NCBI GenBank assembly: GCA_009914755.4
Contig: CP086569.2
Coordinates: 5,888,001-5,952,000 of the forward strand
Source of the DNA: the human T2T-CHM13v2.0 reference genome, Homo sapiens
Reading direction: 5' to 3'
DNA length: 64,000 nt
The notes below the pieces were generated by a model that worked only from the letters and a program-made list of their open reading frames with translations, was not told where the DNA came from and made no database searches. Positions within the stretch are counted from its first letter, which is position 1. Each line of letters starts with the position of its first letter. Positions 27,372 to 38,254 of this stretch are shown here, in pieces. The translations under genes were made by a program, and so were the position numbers.

Positions 27372-27634
27372 AAAAAGCTCAGGAGCCCTGGCCCTAGTCC
27401 AAGTGGGGCTTAGTCATCTTCTGGAATCTGCCCAAGCTGACTGTGAGCATTGACCATGCCATACCCTACCTAGCTCCCAAGGGACCTCTAGGACCTGGGT
27501 TGATCTTCCTGAAGCAGCCACTACATTTTCAACCCCTGGTGTTTCCTCTATGCTTGGAGGAAAGTCTGGAACAGGAGAAATTTACACAACTATATGACTA
27601 TTGGCTATCTAGCTGGTCCCTTATGAGGGCTGAG
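27372..27634 (+). pseudogene. Protease copy U, exon 3 relic (Asp-region exon)
   Basis: The acceptor ccccag ends at 27371. The translation is ...SKWGLVIFWNLPKLTVSIDHAIPYLAPKGPLGPGLIFLKQPLHFQPLVFPLCLEESLEQEKFTQLYDYWLSSWSL. This follows the S1 pattern HP.Y.....(D)IALLKL..P......V.P.CLP........G..CWV.GWG. The Asp position reads G (PGLIFL). Confidence 0.65.
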
Positions 27635-27805
27635 TAATGAAGAAGACCCTGGGATGGAAGAGAAGCATGTTTGGAAAGAGAATAGTATCCTCTCTTGAAT
27701 AATAAAAAAAAAAAACTGTATTTCTCTTCACCATACTTCCCCCTCTAATCTAGGCTAAATTTGAAAACAAACAAACACAAACACCTCTTCTGTGTTTTCT
27801 ATCAG

Positions 27806-27939
27806 GAAGTTCTGGAATTCTGCAAAAAGGGCACCTGAGCAACCAACAAGTCAGCCCTTGTGCCCAATTGTGCCCCAAGCTGAATGAATTCACTTTTTGT
27901 GTAGAGGCCAAGACAGCTGTTGGGGAGGCTGGCTGTAAG
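27806..27939 (+). pseudogene. Protease copy U, exon 4 relic
   Basis: The acceptor atcag ends at 27805. In the frame starting at 27808 it translates to SSGILQKGHLSNQQVSPCAQLCPKLNEFTFCVEAKTAVGEAGCK, with no stop. This follows the S1 pattern LQ...V.P...C......T..(M)FCAG....G.D.C. It is nucleotide-homologous to D exon 4 (ccttgtgcccaattgtgcc versus gctgtgcccacctgtaacc). Confidence 0.6.
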
Positions 27940-28057
27940 GGGACAAATTCATGGGGTATGAATGCCAGGAAGAAAGAGGAATATCTTGCACACTAAAAGT
28001 TACTTCTGGCCCTCCTTCAAAATATTGATTCATATCTTGTATCTTTGTTTCTTGCAG

Positions 28058-28246
28058 CGTGACTTGGGAGCACCTTTCGTATGCCATCTACAGCAAAAGG
28101 ACACTTGGGTGCAAGTGGGAATCTTGAGTCACTTTGAGGAGCATTGCACAAAGCCGTGTGTCTTCAGCCAAGTGCACCCTTTTCTTTCTGGCTCCTGGGA
28201 GTGCCATGGCCTAGCCATGCACCCTGGCACCACCAGGGGCCCATGA
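28058..28246 (+). pseudogene. Protease copy U, exon 5 relic (Ser-region exon)
   Basis: The acceptor tttcttgcag ends at 28057. The translation is RDLGAPFVCHLQQKDTWVQVGILSHFEEHCTKPCVFSQVHPFLSGSWECHGLAMHPGTTRGP*, following the S1 pattern GDSGGP.VC.....W.L.GIVSWG..C....PGVYT.V..Y..WI. The catalytic Ser position is Leu (ttg at 28064-28066). The stop is at 28244-28246. Confidence 0.75.
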
Positions 28247-29720
28247 CTACCTCTGCTTCCATGTCCCTTTCAGTCTCTGCTTCTAAAGATGCCTTGACTT
28301 TTATCTCCACTCCCACTTCCATTTGGCCACACTTCATCTCTCTGCCACAGCCTCAGAGTAAGGCTCAAAACCTTGGTAGGCAAAGCCAAAGAAGAAGGTA
28401 ATTGAAATAGAAAAGAGTAGATGGAAGGAGAGAGGAGAGAAAGCTCTTCCTGAAAAATGCACAATATTTTATCTCCCAAATCATGGAAGTTATTTCCTTA
28501 TGGCTTACAAAGGCATTTCATACTTGATATATTATTCAATTTCCATAGTATCCCTATAGATTATGATAGAGATCATTTAACATGATTATTATAGTTATCT
28601 TAAATGTGTATTCTGATACTAGATAAGTAGAATGGATTGATCGATTTCTCATGGCAAAAGATGAATAGGGCTAATATTAAGACACACTCTCCTAACACAA
28701 AGACATTTCTTTACTACCACACAGTAGCTTGCATTTGTAATAGAGTTATTTTAAATTAAGTATATTTTAAGTTAAAGATATTTTGATGTTTGGAAACAGT
28801 GTAATAGTTGGTAAGTAATGAGTTTTAGGTGCTGGTGTACTAGATTGGGTTACGTTGCTATTATCAGTTTCCCCCTTCCTTTGGCTATCAGAAAACCTAT
28901 CACAATATTAGCAATGGCTATTTCACATTACTGTACTTCTACTTGTTTCCTTAGAAATTGAGGGATCTCTTTTGGTCTCATGAGTTAAATGTGCACTTAG
29001 CCACAGCTATTTTATAGCTACCACCTATCGCCATAGTTACAGTGAATAATACACTTAAAACATAAAAGAGGCCATAATTATTTGCTCACATCCTCCAAAG
29101 TCTAACTCAAAGACAACTACACTTAAGATCTTAGTTATGCTTCTAATTTCATCTATACTTCCTTACCCCTTCTACAGACAGGTTATCTTCAACATTTTTA
29201 TCTCTCTCTATATATATATAAACGAGCATTGCTTCAACTCAGTTTTCTGAGGAACGCTAAAATAATTTTAAAAATATGAGCTCTTTCCTGAACCTCAATC
29301 TTGAATTTTCTATTTAAACTATTGGTTTGATATCTCACTAAAATTGTAAGTTTAGGAAGAAAAGCCCCCTCCATTTTAGAGACAGGTGCTTTATCTCCAA
29401 ATTTTTCATTATTTATTAATACATTCAAATCATTACATTTTCTGTTGCCTATCTACTTCAGTGATTTCTGGGTAGCTACAATCATGGATATATAAATGTT
29501 GCAATGGGGGAGAAAGCTGGGATGACTCCCAATATTTTGATTAAAGAAATTTAAGCTATGACATAAAGAAACTATGAACTCAGAAAGATAGTAAGAGGAA
29601 CACTTCTTTTCAAGAAAAATGCATGAACACAAAAGACGTAGAAGTTTGTCTTTGCTGGTCATATTTAACAATGCTAATTTGGTTAGCACAAATAGGAGGG
29701 ATTTAAAACTTAAAAAAATG

Positions 29721-30027
29721 GGCCAGGTGCGGTGGCTCACACCTGTAATCCCAGAACTTTGGGAGGCTGAGGCGGGCGGATCCCGAGGTCAGGAGATCGA
29801 GACCATCCTGGCTAACATGGTGAAACCCCGTCTCTACTAAAAAATACAAAAAAAATTAGCCAGGCACAGTGATGGACATCTGTGATCCCAGCTACTCAGG
29901 AGGCTGAGGCAGGAGAATGGCAGGAACCCAGGAGGCGGAGTTTGCACTGAGCAGAGAGCACGCCACTGCACTCCAGGCTGGGAAACAGAGTGAGGCTCCG
30001 TCTCACAAAAAAAAAAAAAAAAAAAAG
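29721..30027 (+). mobile_element. Alu (Y-like), full length with polyA
   Basis: Reads ggccaggtgcggtggctcacacctgtaatcccagaactttgggaggctgaggcgggcggatcccgaggtcaggagatcgagaccatcctggctaacatggtgaaaccccgtctctactaaaaa..., with a polyA tail to 30027. Confidence 0.95.
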
Positions 30028-30083
30028 ATCTACAGATGGCAATTCTATTCAAATTAGCACAATTAGCTTATTTTTCTCCTCAG

Positions 30084-30219
30084 CTTCAGCAGATCAGATT
30101 TCTCTGCAATATGCCATGCCTTGGCAGGCTGGGATCATCAGCTGTGGCAGTCAGGTCTACAGCGGGTCCATAGTTAGCAGCTCATGGGTTCTCATAGCTG
30201 CCCACTGTGTCAGGAACAT
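30084..30219 (+). pseudogene. Protease copy D, exon 2 relic (His-region exon)
   Basis: The acceptor tttttctcctcag ends at 30083 and the donor gtaagt starts at 30220. The translation is SADQISLQYAMPWQAGIISCGSQVYSGSIVSSSWVLIAAHCVRN, following the S1 pattern I.....PWQ......G...CGGS.I...WVLTAAHC. The His codon cac at 30203-30205 is retained. The Cys of the CGGS motif is replaced (YSGS). Confidence 0.8.
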
Positions 30220-30584
30220 GTAAGTTTGTGCCTGCCTCTTCCCATATCCTATGATTTATGATCCCATAAGTACATTGCTGAAGGTTTCTCTGTCCTAATT
30301 CACTTCTATAATACATGAGCATCTCACTTATATGGATAACATTTTTGTTTTAGGCTAAAAAGAAATTTTGTCACAGTGTTTGGCTTATTAGTACCTCTGT
30401 TAGTCAATTCCTCTGCAATCCCCTTGTCTATGAACTCTTTATCCATAGATTTCTGATTTCTCTGAAGATGAGCTAGGGACCTTATGTATCATAAATAAAG
30501 AAATATGCTAGAAAGCCTGATGTAGGTTTAAGGTTCAGGTTTTCTAATGAATGTATTGTAATAAATCTTTGCCTATGCACACAG

Positions 30585-30830
30585 GAGTCCTGAAGACACT
30601 GCTGTGATACTGGGCCTGAGGCATCCTGGGGCACAACTGAGAGTTGTGAAGGTGTCTACCATTCTGCTGCATGAGAGATTCTGGTTGGTGAGTGGAGCAG
30701 CAAGAAATATCCTGGCATTGCTACTCCTCCAAGATGTCCAGACTCCCATTCGGCTCTCAGCACTCCGGCTGTCTGAAGAATCTGAATAGTCCAGAAGGCT
30801 GGCTCTCTGGGGCACAAATTATTACACCAG
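30585..30830 (+). pseudogene. Protease copy D, exon 3 relic (Asp-region exon)
   Basis: The acceptor cacacag ends at 30584 and the donor gtcagt starts at 30831. The translation is (M)SPEDTAVILGLRHPGAQLRVVKVSTILLHERFWLVSGAARNILALLLLQDVQTPIRLSALRLSEESE*SRRLALWGTNYYT. The NDIALL motif reads NILALL, with the Asp position at atc 30709-30711. An in-frame TAG is at 30787-30789. Confidence 0.8.
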
Positions 30831-31282
30831 GTCAGTGTTACTTTTTCTCACTGGGGTAGCAGTTGTAAAAAATAAATGAGATTTGTATTTTTAATATTAT
30901 GTTTCAAGGAGTAACTGTAATCACAATTGTATACATTACTAATAATAAGATGTTTAATCCACACAAGAGACCCACTAGGAAATGTGTTTTTGTTTTATAA
31001 GATGATGGTTCTGATGATAACTTCACAAGATTTTAGATCTGAAAACATTTATATGAGGATCTTTCTCTGTACAGTCAATTTTATAAACCAAAGTAGACAT
31101 GATTGGTTTTCCAACTCTTTGCTAACTTCAAAACAAAGGAAAAAGAAGGTTTTTTGATTTGTTTTCTTTTTACCTCTTTATGAAAATGAAGCTGAACTTG
31201 ACTTGGCATTTGGAATTTCTTAAGTAAAATTTACTTGTTACTTTTGAAGAGTGGCATTTAAAAAGTGATTAAAGAATGACAA

Positions 31283-31917
<635 letters not shown>

Positions 31918-32074
31918 TTAATGGTGATAAAATAAACTGAATTTCTCTGTGTAAGTTACACATACAAATGTAATGACGAGACAGTGATAAGACAAATCAA
32001 GGTTTTATCTCAATACTTAGTGTCTACATGTAACATATGTTCTTTAGGATAGTTATAGTCCATTTTCTTTCCAG

Positions 32075-32214
32075 GAGAGACTGATGAGAATGCAGAAATG
32101 TTAAAGCACAAGTGATGGAAGCTTCCAGCTGTGCCCACCTGTAACCTGACATAGACAGTTCCATTGTTTGCTTCATTACTCAGGTCAAAGACATTAATGC
32201 AAATGTGGTACACA
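32075..32214 (+). pseudogene. Protease copy D, exon 4 relic
   Basis: The acceptor ttttctttccag ends at 32074. It is homologous to U exon 4. The first half reads best in one frame (..EMLKHK*WKLPAVPTCNLT*). The last part reads in the expected frame (SIVCFITQVKDINANVVH, compare IT..MFCAG). There are several stops and no GT at the expected donor. Confidence 0.5.
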
Positions 32215-32835
32215 GTCAAATTCTTTTCTATCTACATGATAGAAACTATAACTTTGTCCCTGTATAGAAGGGTATACAGCATATGCCTAAATGATAAATA
32301 TAAGTGAATCATTGATCAGTAGGAAACCATTTTAAAAGTCTTTAATTACAGAACAAAATCTCTGAAAAATTTTATTGTCAATCTGAGTTTTCTTACATGA
32401 GTTATTAATCTCTAGCCATACTAAAGAGATAGTATGCTGTTCTTCAAACAAATTAGACATTGTATATAAAACGACTCCAACATTTTTCTATTTCTCCAAG
32501 TAAAATAACTTGTTTAAGGTATGCTCTTCAGTGATTTTTTTGTAGTAACACTTTTGAAGGTATTTTACCAGGAAGATTTACTTATGTACTTATCTGATGT
32601 CTGCCTTTCTTCTGAATACATATTTTATCACCCACTTATTAATTCTAAGTTTAAGAAGTTGGAATAGGGATTTAAATCCAAATTCTACGTTTGAATTTAC
32701 AGGAGTCAGTGAGTCCAGAAAATGTCATTATGCGCAGACCAATATCTGGCAATGGCACTAGGGGACAAATATGCTTTACCAGTCTCAAAGCCCTAGCTAC
32801 TACAGTGAGTCCACACTTCTCCTGTATCTTATCTG

Positions 32836-32960
32836 CTTCAGCAAAAGAAGGCCACCCACTAAATCAGGCCGTTGTGGCTTGGGTGGAAACTCCTAAGTCC
32901 TCTACTCTCCTTAAAGAGCCAACCACACTGCCACTTTCCTCAATAATAATTACTGCAGCT
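32836..32960 (+). pseudogene. Possible protease copy D exon 5 relic (very weak)
   Basis: Nucleotide echoes of U exon 5 are present: cttcagcaaaag versus ctacagcaaaag, and cttgggtggaaac versus cttgggtgcaagt. The translation is KEGHPLNQAVVAWVETPKSS, compared with RDLGAPFVCHLQQKDTWVQVGILS in U. An insertion must be assumed to align them. Confidence 0.3.
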
Positions 32961-33584
32961 CTGAGACTTTGGTAGCCTAGTGACTATAACTATTGATGCT
33001 ACAGTCTGGTCACAGTATGATAAAACACCAAAACAACAAAAACAAAAATATTGACTTAAGCCTTCTAAGATCTCTCTAAATATACCTTCATTAAATATGA
33101 TCTTTTTCTACATAACAACTGCTTTCTACTTCCTGAACTAATGCATGGCCTTGGATTGCTTTCATTCTTGAAATTGATTCAAAAGTGTATATTTAACATG
33201 AAGGTGAATACAGAATTTCATGTGTCAGCAAATAAAATTTTCAAAATGATGCAAAATACAAATGTGAAATTTATTTGTGAATTTGATTATTCTTTCAGAT
33301 TATATTTTCATACTTACCCCCTCGCACAATTTTTTATAACTATCTGCATGTTCTCCTCAGGTTGGGGAAAAACAGTATTGGAGTTCTTGAATAATTTATG
33401 AAAGACAGAATGACAATACTATACAAGGTTAACCTATACACAATACTGTATTTGGTGAGCGAAAATATTACATATAAAATCCTACAAAAGTATTAAGTAA
33501 ATATAATACATTATTTCAATAATTATAAAATACATGTACATGAAGAAAATATAATAATGATTAAAATACATTAACAAACAAATG

Positions 33585-33875
33585 AGGCTGGGCGTGGTGG
33601 CTCACACCTGGAAGCCCAGCATTTTGGGAGGCCAGTGCAGGCAGATCACAGCAGTATGAGACCAGTCTGGCAAATACGGTGAAACCAGTCTCTACTAAAA
33701 ATAGAAAAATTAGCAGGACATGTGCCTGTAATCCCAGCTCCTCAGAAGGCTAAGGCAGGGGAATCGTTTGAAGCTGGGAGGCAGATGTTGCAGTGAGACG
33801 AGATTTTGCCACTTAACTTCAGCCTGGATGACAGATCGAGACTTCATCTGAAAACAAACAAACACACACACCCCC
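33585..33875 (+). mobile_element. Alu (diverged)
   Basis: Reads ggctgggcgtggtggctcacacctggaagcccagcattttgggaggcc...gtgcctgtaatcccagctcctcagaaggctaaggcagg...ttgcagtgagacgagat... Confidence 0.9.
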
Positions 33876-34383
33876 CCAAAAACTAATGAATTTAAAAAAA
33901 AAATCTATGCTAGAAAAAGTGCTCAGAGGCAAACTCACATATCTAACTGAAAAAGAAAATCCTTGAAAACAAAAGTTCCAGAAGAGGCAAATAAGAAAAC
34001 ACAATTAACACCTTGCATATAAAGTACAAATAGTAAAGTGAAAAGAACCACAGGGGAAAAAAATTCAAAATTTACGACTAAGTACTCTAAAAGAAGCTGA
34101 AAGTCCCTCAAAAACTTTCCAGAGTCCATGTCCCTGTATTGCAAAAATGATCATAACAATTGCCAGGAGTAGAACAATAAAAATATATCTTAAAACTTGA
34201 TAAACACTTCAAGTCTCTCATAATATTTATAATGGAAAATGGATCCTTCTGCAGTTTTTCCATACAATTATGAAGAAATTATTTTTCTTTGCACTTAAAT
34301 TTGTTTTTTCAATATTCTAAGAAATTAACTTTTATATTAATAGTAGGTGATGTAACAAAGCAGGTCTTTATCAAGATAACTGA

Positions 34384-37300
34384 CACTGGATGTCCATACC
34401 ATTACTCAGGTGGGCCTTAATTCCCAGCCAGGTTCCCTCCCTGGACACATACTGAAGGTCCCCAGCCATTTTGCAATCTCTTCACATTTCCAGTCCTGGA
34501 GGAAGCTCTAAAATACATGTACATGGAGATAATAGAACATTTCATCACACTGGAACCCAGTGCATTCCTCCAGATTCCCTGTGAAGTGGACTGTCTTATA
34601 TGGGAAGGCAGGGCAGTTGGAGTGAGGATAGCAGAGAGGATAACATATCAGGGCAGCCCGGGGTCATCAAAACAGAACATGACAGACCTGGGAGAAACAT
34701 TCTGAAGGAATGTAGACTTAGATGGGCCTCAGGTGGATATCTGTGTAGAGAGGGAGAGGGTCCTGGATGAGCTCAAACTGAGTCTCAGGTGGTAGGAGGT
34801 CTCAGGGCAAGGGAGGGAGCTGGCAAGTGATGATGAGACAGCTATCCCTTAAGCTCTGCTTCTCACCCACTGATCTTAGTCACATATGCATTGTAGTGGC
34901 TTAAGGTTCCCCAATCCTGAAATGTGGGTGTTGCAGTTCACCGATGGGCCTTTCTCCCCCAACCAATGGATGGCCTGGGATTGCTCATTGCAGTTTCCTG
35001 CATGATCCTTGGGTTCTCCCTGTGGGGCACAGATCCAGGACTGAAAGACCTCTCAGTTCCCAGCCCTAGGCTGTTCCCTGGCCTCTGTTCCCTCTAAAAT
35101 GCTGTCCCTCCCACCATGGAATAGAACTGCAATGGATTGAGCCATAGGCCCTGGCTGATGATCTAGGGGACTGCAGAAGTGGGTCCAGGACAGTTCATGT
35201 CACAGTTTAATGCCAATTCCCCAGAGACCAAGGAATGCCCAGCGAGGTCCTTTCCCATGATGCCCCATGGTGAACCTCACCTCAGCAATCCTACCAAAAC
35301 CCGGGCAGTCATGTTCAGCCAAACAGGTGAAAAAGCTCAGGTAGGAGGTGTACTGCCTGCAGCTGGAGGCTTGACCTTCATGATCCCAGAACAACTGGAC
35401 TGCAGTGGAATGAGATACCCTGTACCCTGGAGGGAGAGGAGTCAGGAAGGTTCATCCTAGACCTACCCTCCCACATACCGGCTCCCCTACCATGCTAGGA
35501 GGCACTCCTTACCGAGGATGCCAATGCAGTACTACTTACTGATCACTTCATTGTGGAAATAAAGGCTGTGACAAAAGGAAATCTTCATCTTGCTGCCGGT
35601 AACAGGGATGCCTGAGTTCCTCCACCTGCCTAACCAAGAAGGAGAAAGAGTATGGATTCAATGGGACCATTTCATCTAGCTGGGCTGAGGTGGCCTGCTA
35701 GCTGGAGTGAAGCATGAATTTCCCATTCCCAGCTTTGCAACTGAGACAACCCTGGACCCCAGGGGGACCTCAAACTGACTCAGACACTGGACCCCTCCCA
35801 CAGACCCAGGCTCCCCAGCCTGACCTGCAAATCCATCACTTCATCATGGTTTCCAACCCAGGTCAACATCTGGTGTGCCAAACAATCTACATCTGGTCAA
35901 GGAGTCTCCAGATGATTCAGTGGGCAAGCCTCCTGACGCCTGCAATTCTGCAAGAGCACAGAGAATGTGGAGCAGGGATATCTCCCAGACATTTGGCCTG
36001 TCACGCTCCGATGTTGATCCTCTGTTTCTGTCTGGTGAGGAGGCAATGCCACAACTGTGGTGGTTTTTGGGGTGGCTGGACCCCGGCCAAGACGGCCTGG
36101 GCTGACCAGAGACGGGAGGCAGAAAAAGTGGGCAGGTGGTTGCAGCTGAGGGGCAGGGGCGGGGGCAGGGTGGTGTGAGGCGGCTGCTTCTCTGGGTTCA
36201 TGAGCTGCAGGAGGCCTTTGCGTGCTGGGTGCTGGACATGCTCTGCTGATGTCCGGGTGTGTGGTGTCTTCTTATCCTAGTCTCCCTGAGGGGTGGACCT
36301 GTCTGCCTGAGGAAGCCCTGTAGTTAGAAGGGGCTGCAGGGTAGTTCCTGGCGCTCCCCATGGGGACTGGGTGGGTGCAAAGGAGGTTATATACGCTCAG
36401 GGGCTATAACCCTTTGGGTGCAGCGCCGGCAGGCAGAAGAAAGCATATCTGGGGAGCTAGTACCTGCCTTGTGGAGGTCGGCAGCCCCATGTACCGCTAA
36501 CCCGAGTCTTAAGCACCTTGTGTTTCTGGGGCGAGCCTTCTGGAAACGGGCACTGAGAGCGGGGGTGATTCAATGGCTGGCAATGTCATGCAGACTCCCC
36601 TTCCTCCAGGACATTCCCAGGGAAACATGCCCTTTGACATTGTGCTGTGCGTGAAGGGACTCTGGCGCCGCGATTCTCCCTTGTGAGTGCTGTGCTCGGC
36701 TCCCCTTCCCTACCACGTGCTCCCAGTGCTCCCAGTGCTGCTACAAGCAAGCTGCCCTCACAGCTGCAGGAACGTGACCTCGGCTCCCATCCTGTCCCCC
36801 ATCCCCTGCCTCCTGGCTCACCCCATGTGCCTCCTCCTGGCTCCTCCCCCAACAGCCCCCATGCCCCCACGAAGCCCGATGCCCATCCCCTGCTGCCAGC
36901 CATCTGGAATCGGCAGCTGCAAGGATATGGCTCTGTCCCAGAAGCCCAGGCCACAGGGGCATTCACGGAGTCTACCTCCAAGTGAAGGACCTCCAGCGAG
37001 TCCATTGATGGCCTGGGTGTGCTGGGTCCAGGGCCAAGCTGTGCCCGCTGGCCCTCCTTCTGCCACCCCACGTCAGTCTCCTCCTCAACCACCACCTCCA
37101 CCTCAGCCATTATGTCTTCCACCTTCAGCACCGCCTCCTCTTCCAAGGCTGCCTCCTTGCTCTGTACCCCGGCCGTCCTCTCCAGCAGAGCCTCCAGCCT
37201 GAACACGGTGCCCTCCTGGGTGCTCCCACAGACCCTGGCCTGCACAGCCCAGCCCATCCCCGGTATCCCTATGCTCTGGGGGCTGCTCCCCAAGAGGCCC

Positions 37301-37446
37301 GCTCCGTGAAAGACCCACGGGCCTCTCCCTGCTGAAAACCTAGTCCCACACCTACATGGACCCAGGTTTCCTGAGGAGCCCCGCTGGGCCCGCAGATGGC
37401 CGCACTCGCCGTGGGGCTCAGGACCACAGCAGGGTCAACTGCGCAT
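34384..37446 (-). pseudogene. Diverged TSPY-family (NAP-domain) pseudogene, copy A, six-exon layout
   Basis: The minus-strand exons are colinear with copy P.
- e1 37446-36929: ATG at 37446, then ...[64 protein letters not shown]...VDSVNA.
- e2 35886-35825.
- e3 35629-35513: ..ISFCHSLYFHNEVISK*YCIGIL.
- e4 35426-35281: ..YTSYLSFFTCLAEHDCPGFGRIAE.
- e5 35162 to about 35078: IISQGLWLNPLQFYSMV.
- e6 at about 34510-34480.
Defects are a TGA at codon 4, a deletion of about 85 bp in e1, a 16-nt deficit in e2 and a TAG in e3. About 50% of exon-1 residues match P (42 of 82, hand count). Confidence 0.8.
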
Positions 37447-38254
37447 AGGAGCTCAGAAGCCAGAGGCCGAGGCCCTGTGCTTGCAGAGCCCCACCAGCAG
37501 GCACCGCAGCGGCTGCTGCGGGTGCGGGAGCCTCTGGGTCGTCAAGGCAGTGCACAACAGCGTGCGCGCAGGCCGACAATGGCCAACCCTGGCGGCTGGC
37601 CTCTGGTGTGCCCAGGGCACAGGACTAGAGGCCCTTTGGAATGCTCCTTGGAGTACAGCATCCTCAGGGAGGAAGCATGGTACTCGGAGCCTGTATTTGC
37701 CTCGACCTGCGAGAGTACATGCCAGGGTTCTAGCCTACAGTGCAGACGAATTCCACCTCTGCACAAGCAGGTGACTTTCCTCCCACATACCCGCCCCGAC
37801 TCACTTCTGCTAGGCCACCCCCGCCGCCCTCGCCCCAGCAACCAGAGAAAGTTCTCCTCTGGATCTGCAATATTCCTTATGTACCATCTACCTGGCCTGC
37901 CTAATGAAGAGAGATGTTTCCTGTGTTCATGACACATAGAGATGTTCATGGCTTGCCACACTGAGGATGTCAGGGCACAGGGCTGCCATGCCCACAATTC
38001 CAAAGGCCACGCAGCCCGCGTGTGCCCGGACGCCTAGCTACCCGGCACAAGTTCCAAGGGCTTCTCGGAGGAGGCTTGGGCAGGGAAGGCGGGGGGTGGG
38101 GGGGCTGGAGATGCAGGCCCGCCAGTGGCTGTGCCGCCCAGGGAGACGCCCACCGCCCTCCCATTGATTGGCCACGACGGGAGGAAGTCGGCCTGGGTGC
38201 GGCCCCCCGGCCCTTCGCGCGCAGTCCCTTAGGGGGCGCCTGGAAGTCCGGCGC
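37447..38254. promoter_or_regulatory. CpG-rich spacer between the divergently oriented TSPY-family copies A and P (relic bidirectional promoter region)
   Basis: The region is very GC- and CpG-rich; for example there are 8 CG dinucleotides in 38201-38260. An inverted CCAAT box (attgg) lies at 38167-38171, about 85 bp upstream of the P ATG. A homologous promoter-proximal block is present on both sides: P reads ttggccacgacgggaggaagtcggcctg...gcgcgcag, and the A reverse strand reads ttggccattgtcggcctgcgcgcac (plus strand about 37560-37590). Confidence 0.6.

Larger units (their letters stand above)
26800..28246 (+). pseudogene. Trypsin-like (S1 family) serine-protease pseudogene, upstream copy U (exons 2-5 relics)
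   Basis: Four exon relics are colinear with copy D. The exon-2-like segment at about 26800-26904 is weak (cagtttctctacaactgtc versus D cagatttctctgcaatatgcc; ...atgtaaa versus D ...catgtaag). The others are exon 3 27372-27634, exon 4 27806-27939 and exon 5 28058-28246. Defects are an in-frame TAG at 27395-27397, inconsistent phases between exons 3 and 4, and non-GT sequence at the exon 3 donor (ta) and exon 4 donor (gg). Confidence 0.7.

Noticed and set aside
33141-33401. The ORF ending ...ICMFSSGWGKTVLEFLNNL, whose GWGKT resembles the protease C.V.GWG.T motif, looked like a possible extra protease exon.
   Set aside because: The context is AT-rich. No flanking nucleotide homology to U or D exon 3 is visible, and the rest of the ORF does not follow the S1 pattern. 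It is treated as a chance match.
35714-36201. ORFs of 154, 76 and 66 codons in the GC-rich region upstream of 36200.
   Set aside because: They fall in intron 1 and exon 2 of the minus-strand TSPY-like copy A, on the wrong strand or in the wrong frame. There is no motif support.
37396-38003. ORFs of 178, 97 and 153 codons in the spacer between copies A and P.
   Set aside because: This is GC- and CpG-rich sequence with few stop codons. The ORFs overlap on both strands and are Arg/Pro/Gly/Ala-rich with no domain signature. They fit promoter or CpG-island composition better than coding sequence.
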